A DNA stretch of 64,000 nucleotides, from the NCBI GenBank assembly GCA_034186105.1, contig JAXGCE010000011.1:4120-68119 (forward strand), written 5' to 3'. This document shows positions 54,078 to 62,241 of this stretch, piece by piece. The stretch is from Selenomonadaceae bacterium. Lineage in GTDB: Bacteria > Bacillota > Negativicutes > Selenomonadales > Selenomonadaceae. Positions within the stretch are counted from its first letter, which is position 1. Every line of letters begins with the position of its first letter. A model generated the notes under the pieces. That model searched no databases. It had not been told where the DNA came from and worked only from the letters and a program-made list of their open reading frames with translations. The translations under genes and the position numbers were made by a program.

Positions 54078-55211
54078 ATGGCCGACGCGGAAAAGCGGCA
54101 GGGCGCAGCGGCGGCCGAGGCAGGGCCGCCGCACCATCGCGGGAAAAAGATCCTCGTCGGTGCCATCGCCGCGCTTGCCATCATCTGCCTCGGTGCCGTG
54201 CTCATGCGGCAGGCGCTCGCCCCACGAACGCCGACTGCTGCGCCGACGGTCGCGAGCGACACTGGCGTCATTCGCCTGCAAGAACTCGTGCAGGCGCACC
54301 CAGCCTATGATGACCTGCAAAAACTCCTGCAGGAGCGCACGGAGCTCAAAGCGCAGCTCGAAGAGAGCGCAGCGCTTCCTGCGCCGCTCGCCGTCCAGCC
54401 GCCCGAGGTCGAGTCAAAGCCGTTTGACGACTCCGTCTGGCAGAAGAATGCGCAGGACATCATCGGCCGCCGTGCCGAGCTTGAGCGCGCGCAGAAAAAG
54501 GCGGCAGCGGACTACAAGGCATCGACGGAGGAAGACTACAAAGCCCGCCGCGATGCCATCAATGCCGAATACCTCAATGACATCCTCAACATCAAGCTCA
54601 AGCTCGACAACCGCGAGGCCATGGGGTTGACGGATGACGTCATCGCCAAGCTCAACGCCGACCTCGATGAGATCGAGGGCGAACGGGCCGGGCGTCAGAT
54701 CGCGCTGTATCGCAGCTGGCAGCAGGAGATCGCAGGCTACGCGAAAGCCTCCGTTGAGAAAGAATTTGCAGCCAGTCAAGATGACCTCGAAAAGCTCAAG
54801 GCACAGCGCCAGACGGAAGCGGCGAAAGCCCAGTCCGAGGCGCAGCAGCGCGACATCGCGGCCATCAGCCAGCAGATGCAGGCTTCAGCCGCGCGTCAGC
54901 AGCAAGCACTCGCCACACAGGACGCGCTCGCGGAGAACGAGCAACAGGTGCTCGCACTTGAGTCAAAAATTTTGAACGACATTGCGAGCAAGGCGGCGAA
55001 AGTCGCGATCCTGCATCATTTCACGCTGATCGTCTGCGACCCCGCGCGGAGCCTCACGTCGCTGCTGCCGGATGCTTTCCGCCCCGCCACTGGCCCTGAT
55101 GTCCCCGAAAAATACGTTAAGACCATCAGCGTCAACGCAACGGATGTCACGGACGAAGTGCTCAGCGAACTCCAAAGCGACCCGCCAGCCAAAACGCCTG
55201 CCCATGATTGA
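54078..55211 (+). CDS. Membrane-anchored extended coiled-coil protein, distantly OmpH/Skp-like
   Basis: The N-terminal TM segment is ILVGAIAALAIICLGAVLM. About 280 aa of heptad-rich helix follow, and the C-terminal block is ...KVAILHHFTLIVCDP...NATDVTDEVLSEL. Confidence 0.55.
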   Translation: MADAEKRQGAAAAEAGPPHHRGKKILVGAIAALAIICLGAVLMRQALAPRTPTAAPTVASDTGVIRLQELVQAHPAYDDLQKLLQERTELKAQLEESAALPAPLAVQPPEVESKPFDDSVWQKNAQDIIGRRAELERAQKKAAADYKASTEEDYKARRDAINAEYLNDILNIKLKLDNREAMGLTDDVIAKLNADLDEIEGERAGRQIALYRSWQQEIAGYAKASVEKEFAASQDDLEKLKAQRQTEAAKAQSEAQQRDIAAISQQMQASAARQQQALATQDALAENEQQVLALESKILNDIASKAAKVAILHHFTLIVCDPARSLTSLLPDAFRPATGPDVPEKYVKTISVNATDVTDEVLSELQSDPPAKTPAHD

Positions 55212-55240
55212 AAGAACATAGAAAGAAGAGAACCATACAT

Positions 55241-55681
55241 ATGAAACTCACGAAGAAATCCCGTCTGCTCATCGCGGCAGCCTTTGCCGCCACGCTCGTC
55301 ATGTCCGGTTGCGGCCAGACAAAGATCGGCTACATCGACGGCGACCGCATCATGAAGGAAGCGCCGCAGATCCAGTCCCTTGTGGAAGAGGGCAATCAGA
55401 AGATCCAGGAAGCGCAGGATGAGGCAGAAAAGGATCTCGCAGCAAAGAAAGACTCCATGAGCGACGAGGACTTCCAGAAAGCGCAGCAGGATGCGCAGCG
55501 CAAAGTCGCTGGCCTGAACCAGTCGTACAGCATCCAGCTCAAGCAGAAGCTTGACGCCGCACTCGCTGATGTCGCGAAAGAGAAGAAGCTCGACGCCATC
55601 GTCGACAACCAGCAGATGCAGAAGACCGTCATCGAAGGCGGCATCGACGTCACGGACGAGGCCATCCAGAAATTGCAGTAA
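55241..55681 (+). CDS. OmpH/Skp-family lipoprotein (paralogue 3)
   Basis: The lipobox is LVMSGC. GYIDGDRIMKEAPQ is present, and the C-terminus is KKLDAIVDNQQMQKTVIEGGIDVTDEAIQKL. The ORF-track extension to 55208 overlaps the previous gene. Confidence 0.8.
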   Translation: MKLTKKSRLLIAAAFAATLVMSGCGQTKIGYIDGDRIMKEAPQIQSLVEEGNQKIQEAQDEAEKDLAAKKDSMSDEDFQKAQQDAQRKVAGLNQSYSIQLKQKLDAALADVAKEKKLDAIVDNQQMQKTVIEGGIDVTDEAIQKLQ

Positions 55682-55693
55682 TCGGAAGAAAGA

Positions 55694-56731
55694 GTGGGTG
55701 AGGACATGAAGAAGACGCTGAAAGAAATCGCAGAATTCGTCGGCGGCCGCATCGTCGGGGACGAGACCATCGTCATCTCCGGCCTGGACAACATTGAGGG
55801 CGCCGGCGAGCACGAACTCACGTTCGCTGTCGAGCCGCATATCGAGGAAGCAAAAGCGACGAAGGCGGCTGCTGTCATGCTGCCGGAAGGCGTCGAGGAT
55901 TTCCCGAAGACGGCGCTCTACGTTGAAGAGCCTCGTGCAGCGTTTGCCAAGCTCCTCGAACTCTTCACGCCGAAGCTCGTCTTCCCACAGGGCGTGAGCC
56001 CTGAGGCGCATATCGGCAAAGATGTCATGCTCGGCAAAGACGTCACGATCTTGCCATTTGCCTGCGTCGACGACCATGCCGTCATTGGCGACCGCGTCAC
56101 GCTCTACCCGCATACGTATGTCGGCCAGTACGCCGAGGTTGGCGACGACACCGTCATCTATTCGAGTGCGACCGTGCGCGAGCATTGCCGCGTCGGCAAG
56201 CGCTGCGTCATCCACAGCTCGGCCGTCATCGGTTCCGATGGCTTCGGCTTCACGACGAAGGACGGCGTCCACACGAAAGTCCCGCAGGTCGGCAACGTCG
56301 TGCTCGAAGACGACGTCGAGATCGGTGCGCATGACGGCATCGACCGCGCGGCCATGGGCTCGACCGTCATCGGCCATGGCACGAAGATCGACAACCTCGT
56401 CCACATCGGCCACAACTGCAAGATCGGCCCGAACTGCCTGATCGTCGCACAGACGGGCATCTCCGGCTCGACGACCGTCGGCCACAATGTCACGTTCGGT
56501 GGCCAAGTTGGCACGGTCGGCCACATCACGATCGGCGCGAACTCCGTCTATGCCGCACGCTCCGGCATCATCGGCGACATGCCGGAAGGCCAGTTCTGCG
56601 CAGGCTTCCCCGTCCAGAGCCATACGGAATGGCTCCGCATGCAGGCGGCCATGAAGCATCTGCCCGAGCTCCGCAAAGAAGTCAAGCGCCTCACGAAGCT
56701 CGTCGACAAATACGAGAAGGACAAGAAATAA
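55694..56731 (+). CDS. lpxD: UDP-3-O-acylglucosamine N-acyltransferase LpxD
   Basis: The N-terminal LKEIAEFVGG is followed by left-handed beta-helix hexapeptide repeats and the HIGHNCKIG catalytic region. The start is GTG 55694 or ATG 55706. Confidence 0.93.
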   Translation: MGEDMKKTLKEIAEFVGGRIVGDETIVISGLDNIEGAGEHELTFAVEPHIEEAKATKAAAVMLPEGVEDFPKTALYVEEPRAAFAKLLELFTPKLVFPQGVSPEAHIGKDVMLGKDVTILPFACVDDHAVIGDRVTLYPHTYVGQYAEVGDDTVIYSSATVREHCRVGKRCVIHSSAVIGSDGFGFTTKDGVHTKVPQVGNVVLEDDVEIGAHDGIDRAAMGSTVIGHGTKIDNLVHIGHNCKIGPNCLIVAQTGISGSTTVGHNVTFGGQVGTVGHITIGANSVYAARSGIIGDMPEGQFCAGFPVQSHTEWLRMQAAMKHLPELRKEVKRLTKLVDKYEKDKK

Positions 56732-56743
56732 GGAGGCAGAAGG

Positions 56744-57661
56744 GTGATTTCCTACTACCTCCTCAAATGCCTGAGCTTCCTTGCCTGTCTGCTGCCGCGC
56801 GGCCTCGCTGACGCCATCGGCTGGACCATCGGCCGCATCGCATGGCCCGTCGTGCCGAAACGGCGCAAGCAGCTCGCGTTTGACCAGATCAAGAAATGTT
56901 TGAACGTCTCCGACGACGAGGCATGGCGCATCGCGAAAGCCTCGGCCGTGCGCTTCGGCCCGATGCTCATGGAAGTCCTGCGCTTTCCCGTCATCAAGAA
57001 GCACGCAGAGGACTATGTCTCCATCGAAGGGCTCGAATACCTGCAGGCCGCGCTCAAAGAAGGCAAGGGCGGCATCATCGCAACGGCGCACAGCGGCAAC
57101 TGGGAGCTCATGGGCGGCGCATTCGCACAGGCGGGCATCCCACTCGTCGGCGTCGCCGAAAAGCAGCGCGCGCAGGGCGCGAACAAGTTCATCGTCGAGC
57201 AGCGCACGCTGATCGGCATGCACATCACATACAAGTCCGGCGTCCGCGAGATGTTCGATATGATGGCGCAGAACTATATGATCGGTCTGATCATGGATCA
57301 GGATCCCTCCGTCCGCGACGGCGTGCTCGTCCGCTTCTTCGACCAGCCGACGAACTACTTTACCGGCGCCGCCAGCATGGGGAGATTCCGCACCGTCCCG
57401 ATCTTTCCCGCCTTCATGCATCGCGACGACCAGACGGGCAGACATACCCTCATCGTCTCTCCGCCCATCTACACGCCGAAATCAAAAGACAAGCGCGCCG
57501 ATATCCAACAGACGACGCAGCACCTCGCCACGCTCACCGAGCAGCACATCAAAAAATACCCCGAAGAATGGTTCTGGCTCCACGACCGGTGGAAGTCGGT
57601 CAGGAGAGGGTATACGGAAGAACAGCTGAAGGCGTTCTTGGAAAAAGAAAATGAACATTAA
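56744..57661 (+). CDS. Lipid A biosynthesis (Kdo)2-lipid IVA acyltransferase family protein (LpxL/HtrB-like)
   Basis: The catalytic motif is TAHSGNWE, and the C-terminus includes YPEEWFWLHDRWK. Confidence 0.82.
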   Translation: MISYYLLKCLSFLACLLPRGLADAIGWTIGRIAWPVVPKRRKQLAFDQIKKCLNVSDDEAWRIAKASAVRFGPMLMEVLRFPVIKKHAEDYVSIEGLEYLQAALKEGKGGIIATAHSGNWELMGGAFAQAGIPLVGVAEKQRAQGANKFIVEQRTLIGMHITYKSGVREMFDMMAQNYMIGLIMDQDPSVRDGVLVRFFDQPTNYFTGAASMGRFRTVPIFPAFMHRDDQTGRHTLIVSPPIYTPKSKDKRADIQQTTQHLATLTEQHIKKYPEEWFWLHDRWKSVRRGYTEEQLKAFLEKENEH

Positions 57662-57691
57662 AAAAGCCGCTGCGATGATGCAGCGGCTTTT
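57662..57691 (+). terminator. Bidirectional rho-independent terminator
   Basis: AAAAGCCGCTGC-N6-GCAGCGGCTTTT has an A-run and a T-run on either side. It lies between convergent genes. Confidence 0.85.
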
Positions 57692-57720
57692 GTATGCGAT
57701 TTTTTCGGATGTGCAACACC

Positions 57721-58050
57721 TCACGACGTGAAGTGTACATACAGCGACACGAAGAACAGCACGACGGCAAGGCCCATGGTGGCGAGACTGGCGCGTTCAA
57801 CGAGGGGCTGGACGTTTTCGGCGAGCTTTGCATGGCGCTTGGCGTATGTGAGGATCAGTGAGACGGACAGCAGCGAATACATGGCGCGGCTGATATTGTC
57901 GAGGCTCGTCCAACCGGCGACCGTGACGAGCAGCGTGAAGACCGTGACGGCCATGAGGACGTAGTCCTTGCCGATCTTCGGCTCGGCCGCTTGCTTCTTT
58001 TCTGGTTTCTTGTAGAGCTTTTCCTGGAGCTTGCGATATTGTTTTGCCAT
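57721..58050 (-). CDS. Small membrane protein, unknown function
   Basis: RBS AGAGGTG. The K-rich N-terminus is followed by three hydrophobic segments. Confidence 0.5.
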   Translation of the reverse strand: MAKQYRKLQEKLYKKPEKKQAAEPKIGKDYVLMAVTVFTLLVTVAGWTSLDNISRAMYSLLSVSLILTYAKRHAKLAENVQPLVERASLATMGLAVVLFFVSLYVHFTS

Positions 58051-58164
58051 GAGGGCACCTCTTCTTTCAAAAAAAATTCCTTCTCATTATATCATAGTTT
58101 GTTCTCGTGTGGAGGTATCTTGCAAAAAAATGGCCGAAAGGTGCAAAGTTTTTCCGAAAAGCGG

Positions 58165-58193
58165 TTGCAGTCCCGGGCGTTGCTTGCTAAAAT
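58165..58193 (+). promoter_or_regulatory. Candidate sigma-70 promoter of regulator gene
   Basis: TTGCAG-N17-TAAAAT. Confidence 0.5.
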
Positions 58194-58279
58194 GAAGAGT
58201 ACTGGTATACAATGATACAACTGAAATGAGATAGAGAACGCTGAAATCAGTGTGAAATACTAGGAAAGGGGAAGATTCG

Positions 58280-60199
58280 ATGATTCGAGAACACCGCAGC
58301 CGCGAAAAGCTGGAACGGTACTATGAGAAATATCGGAAGGAGGGGGTGCTCGACCCGAATGTGCACCCGTGGGTCGCGGAATCGTGGCAGAAGAGCAGCG
58401 AGCTCGGCGTGCAGGCGGACAAGATGAACACGTCGAACCGCCTCTCCCCCGAGGCGTTTCACCATTTGCAGGAAAAGCATCGGAATGCCATCGACTATCT
58501 CGCGAAACTCAGCGAAGGCATTCGCGAATTTTTCCAGGAATACAATCTGTCGCTCTTGCTCATCGATGCGGATTGCGTCGTGCTCAAGAGCTATAGCCTG
58601 CCGTTTTACCAGATGACGCCGGGCGAAATCGAAGGCGTGCGCGTCGGTGTCGAAGAAGTCGGCACGTCGAGCATTAGTGTCGCGTATGAGCATCAGACGC
58701 CATTCTGGATGTTCGGTCCGGAGATGTGGGTCGAGGAATGCCAGCTCGGCGATGCGTGCTCGGCACCCGTGAAGATTGGCGGGGAATGCCAGTACATCAT
58801 CACGCTCGTCTCGATGGAGCAGGTACCGATGCCGCAGGATGCGATCATTTCGTTGCTTTTGACGATGAAGACAGCTCTTGAGGCGCATCTTTCCGAAGCG
58901 CTGCGCATCCGTGCGGAGGAGGCGATCCTCGACGCGACGACGTTTGCTGTTTACCATGTGCTGCCGGGCGGCGAAGTCGCCTATACGAACAAGCTCGGCA
59001 AGGAGCGCCTGACACGCATCGGCGCAAAACAGGAGCACGAGACGGGCAAGCGCCTGAACCTCAACGATGTCATCTTGAACTACCAGCATACGCCGATTTA
59101 CAAAGGCTTCCGTGGCATCCCGTCGTACAATCAGGAAGTGACGTGGATCACGCAGGTCAAGACGTACGAAGATATCACGACGGTCGTGCCGCTCGAGCGT
59201 GACGAGGAGCAGAACGTAAAATCCGTTGTCGTCGTCTCGATGCCGATCGAGGATCTGCGGACGCTCGTCGCGCATGCGGCTGGCTACACGGCAAAATACA
59301 GCCTGAGCTCGATGGTCGGCAGCGGCGCATCGTTTGCGAGTGTGCGGGAAAAAGCAGCTCGCGTCGCGCGCAACAAGCATCACGTCCTGATCCAGGGCGA
59401 GGCTGGTACGGGTAAGCAGCGCATGGCGCATGGCATCCATCAGGCGAGCAACCGCGCAGCAGGGCCTCTCATTTCGCTGCGCTGCGGCGATGCGACGCCA
59501 GAGCTTTTGGAGCAGGAACTCTTTGGCATCGTGCAGGGCTCGGATGTCAGCCATCAGGGACGCCTGGAGCTCGCGTCAGGCGGCACGTTGTTCCTCGATG
59601 AGATCGAAAAGATGCCAAAACCGATTGCCGATGAGTTGGCGCAGGCCCTGCGCGAGGGCAAGACGCATCGCCTCGGCGAGAAAGATGTCGAGCGCACGAT
59701 CGACGTGCGCATTGTCGCAGCTTGCGATAGTGACCTCAAACGTCTGACGGAGCGCGGCCTGTTTTCGAAGGCGTTCTATGAGATCATTTCGAAGAGCGTC
59801 ATCCGCGTGCCGTCGCTTCGCAGCCGCCGCGAGGACATCCCGGAGCTTGCGCGCCACATCATCAGCGAACTCGCCGAGCAGCATCAGATGCCGAAGAAGG
59901 ACCTGCCGGACGAGACGGTCGACGTTTTGCGCCAGTACGATTGGCCCGGCAACATCAAACAGCTCCAGAGCGTGCTGGAATACGCGTTCTTCAACACGAA
60001 GAGCGGCGTCATCGGGCCGAAGGATATCAGCCTCATGGGCGACGTGAAGCCAGACAATAAATGGAAGGAAGACCGCGATGTCTTCCTGAAGGCCTGGCAG
60101 GCTGCAGGCGGCAACGTCAGCCGTCTCGCGAACCTCTTGAACGTCAGCCGCGTGACGCTGTACCGTTATCTGAAGAAATACAACCTCGAAAAGAAATAA
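58280..60199 (+). CDS. AcoR-like AAA+ enhancer-binding-protein-family transcriptional regulator (Fis-type HTH), GAFTGA loop degenerate
   Basis: The N-terminal sensory (GAF-like) region includes VAESWQKS. Walker A is GEAGTGKQ and Walker B is GGTLFLDEI. The C-terminal HTH is GGNVSRLANLLNVSRVTLYRYLKKY. Confidence 0.88.
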   Translation: MIREHRSREKLERYYEKYRKEGVLDPNVHPWVAESWQKSSELGVQADKMNTSNRLSPEAFHHLQEKHRNAIDYLAKLSEGIREFFQEYNLSLLLIDADCVVLKSYSLPFYQMTPGEIEGVRVGVEEVGTSSISVAYEHQTPFWMFGPEMWVEECQLGDACSAPVKIGGECQYIITLVSMEQVPMPQDAIISLLLTMKTALEAHLSEALRIRAEEAILDATTFAVYHVLPGGEVAYTNKLGKERLTRIGAKQEHETGKRLNLNDVILNYQHTPIYKGFRGIPSYNQEVTWITQVKTYEDITTVVPLERDEEQNVKSVVVVSMPIEDLRTLVAHAAGYTAKYSLSSMVGSGASFASVREKAARVARNKHHVLIQGEAGTGKQRMAHGIHQASNRAAGPLISLRCGDATPELLEQELFGIVQGSDVSHQGRLELASGGTLFLDEIEKMPKPIADELAQALREGKTHRLGEKDVERTIDVRIVAACDSDLKRLTERGLFSKAFYEIISKSVIRVPSLRSRREDIPELARHIISELAEQHQMPKKDLPDETVDVLRQYDWPGNIKQLQSVLEYAFFNTKSGVIGPKDISLMGDVKPDNKWKEDRDVFLKAWQAAGGNVSRLANLLNVSRVTLYRYLKKYNLEKK

Positions 60200-60211
60200 A
60201 GGAGAATCTCT

Positions 60212-60862
60212 GTGCGACTGAGAAGAAAGCCATGGGTGGACAAAGCCATCCACGATTTTGATGCGTTCGTGTTCCCAAAGGACGCGCCGGCAAGTGAGGA
60301 GCAGCAGGGTCATTGGGCGGAGGTCTTTGACCGTGAGGCACCGCTCTACGTTGAACTCGGCACGGGCAAGGGCGATTTCATCTCTCAGATGGCCGAGCGT
60401 GAGCCGGACGTGAACTTCATCGGCATCGAGGCCCAGCAAGATGTGCTCTATGCCGCGGCGAAGAAAGTCGCAGAGATGGAGCTCAAAAACGTGCGCCTGC
60501 TCGTCTTTGACATCCATGAGATTGAGCGCATCTTCGCACCAGGCGAAGTCGACCGCTTCTTCTTGAATTTCTGTGACCCGTGGCCGAAAAAGCGCCATTA
60601 CAAGCGCCGTCTGACGTATCGAGGTTTTCTCGAGAAATATCGTCACTTGCTCAAACAAGGTGGCGAGCTCCATTTCAAGACGGACAATCGGCCGCTGTTT
60701 GACTTCTCGCTCGGCGAGTTCGAAGCGGCGGAGCTCACGGTGCGCGACGTGTCGTACAACCTCCACGCCGAAGATCGCCCGGACAACATCATGACGGAGT
60801 ACGAGCGTAAATTCAGCGGCTTTGGCGAAAAGATCAATCGCTGCGAGGTCATTTTTCCGTGA
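60212..60862 (+). CDS. trmB: tRNA (guanine46-N7)-methyltransferase TrmB
   Basis: LYVELGTGKGDF, NFCDPWPKKRH.KRR and TEYE.KF are present. GTG start with an AAGGAG RBS. Confidence 0.93.
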   Translation: MRLRRKPWVDKAIHDFDAFVFPKDAPASEEQQGHWAEVFDREAPLYVELGTGKGDFISQMAEREPDVNFIGIEAQQDVLYAAAKKVAEMELKNVRLLVFDIHEIERIFAPGEVDRFFLNFCDPWPKKRHYKRRLTYRGFLEKYRHLLKQGGELHFKTDNRPLFDFSLGEFEAAELTVRDVSYNLHAEDRPDNIMTEYERKFSGFGEKINRCEVIFP

Positions 60863-60900
60863 AATCGTCCATCGTTTTTTCGCGTTAGGAGGCGGGCGGC

Positions 60901-62214
60901 GTGAATCCATCAGAAACCACAGATGCGGCAGCGGACGTCGCAAGCCGTCCCTCACGTCTCGTGCGCAAGAAGCTTTGGCAGAACGACATGGAAGCCGTGC
61001 TCGGCATCATGGCCGTGCTGCTCATCCTCGGCATGGTCAATGTGCTGAGTTCGAGCTTCGTCATCGCCGAGACGCGTTTTGACGACCCGTATTTCTTTTT
61101 GAAACGCCATCTCATCTCGCTCGTGCTCGGCATCACGGTCTGCATCATCTGTGCACGCGTCGACTATCATGTCTGGCGACGCTTCATGCCAATCGTCTAC
61201 CTCGTGACGTTCGTCGCGCTCATCCTCGTTTTCTTCATCGGCCCTGAGGTCAATGGCGCCCGCCGCTGGTTGCCGCTGCCCATGATGCAGGTGCAGCCGG
61301 CCGAGGGCGCGAAGATCGTGGCCATCATGATGATGGCAGCCTCGATGGCTGCGCGCTGCTATGGCGGGCGCAAAGTTGGCCTCAAAGAAGCCATCCTGAA
61401 CCCGCAGATTTTCCTCATCGCGATCCTCGCGGCACTCGTCTTCAAGGAGCCGGACATGGGCACGGCTGCTGTCATTCTCGGCGTGCCAGTCGTTCTGTTC
61501 CTCGTGACGGCGCAACTGCCAAAAACGCAGCTTTTCGGCACAATCGCCGTCATCGCGGCAGGTGTGGCAGGCTTCATCATGGAGCAGCCCTATCGCATCG
61601 AACGCATGAAGATGATGTGGGATCCGTGGCAAGACGCGCAAAACGTCGGCTACCAGACCGTGCAGTCGCTTTCGACCGTCGGTTCTGGCAAACTCCTCGG
61701 CATGGGCCTCGGCGTCGGCATCAGCAAGTATGACTACCTGCCCGAGGGTCATACGGATTTCGCATTCGCGATTTTCTGTCAGGAAAATGGCTACCTCGGC
61801 GCGCTCGCAGTCTTCCTCCTCTATACGGCGCTGCTCGTCTACGGTGTGCGCATCGCGAACAAGGCGAGCGATACATATGGGCAGCTCCTATCGTTTGGCA
61901 TCGTCGTGCTGATCGTCGGACAGGGCATTTGCAACATGCTCATGGTCGGTGGAGCCTTCCCGGTCGTCGGCGTGCCGTTGCCGTTCATCAGCTACGGCGG
62001 CAGTTCGCTGATCTTCACGATGCTCGCGATCGGCATCCTCATCAACATCGGTCGCATCGGCGAGCGCGACGCCATCCTGCGCGAGCAAGAGCAATATGAA
62101 GAAGAACTGCAGGCGACCGCGCCGAAGCCACACATCGGTTTGCGCCTCGTGAAGACGGATGGCAAGAAAGCCGAAAAATCGGGCACGGGTCGTCGGCGGC
62201 GCAACCGAAAGTAG
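60901..62214 (+). CDS. FtsW/RodA/SpoVE-family SEDS glycosyltransferase
   Basis: QPAEGAKI, EPDMGTA, YLPEGHTDFAFA and PFISYGGSS are present. The C-terminal tail is basic. Confidence 0.9.
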   Translation: MNPSETTDAAADVASRPSRLVRKKLWQNDMEAVLGIMAVLLILGMVNVLSSSFVIAETRFDDPYFFLKRHLISLVLGITVCIICARVDYHVWRRFMPIVYLVTFVALILVFFIGPEVNGARRWLPLPMMQVQPAEGAKIVAIMMMAASMAARCYGGRKVGLKEAILNPQIFLIAILAALVFKEPDMGTAAVILGVPVVLFLVTAQLPKTQLFGTIAVIAAGVAGFIMEQPYRIERMKMMWDPWQDAQNVGYQTVQSLSTVGSGKLLGMGLGVGISKYDYLPEGHTDFAFAIFCQENGYLGALAVFLLYTALLVYGVRIANKASDTYGQLLSFGIVVLIVGQGICNMLMVGGAFPVVGVPLPFISYGGSSLIFTMLAIGILINIGRIGERDAILREQEQYEEELQATAPKPHIGLRLVKTDGKKAEKSGTGRRRRNRK

Positions 62215-62241
62215 TATTTTTTTCAAAAAGGTGATCAACGG

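Noticed and set aside
55016-57445. An 809-aa ORF antisense to skp3-lpxD-lpxL-like. Similar long antisense ORFs occur at 49968..52025 (opposite bamA), 61888..63978 (opposite the acyltransferase), 19040..20974 (opposite dnaK) and 4149..5903 (opposite lepA).
   Set aside because: The reasoning is the same: low-complexity R/A/D/V/H composition, no RBS or motifs, and the opposite strand carries unmistakable conserved genes. These are typical stop-codon-poor antisense frames in high-GC DNA.
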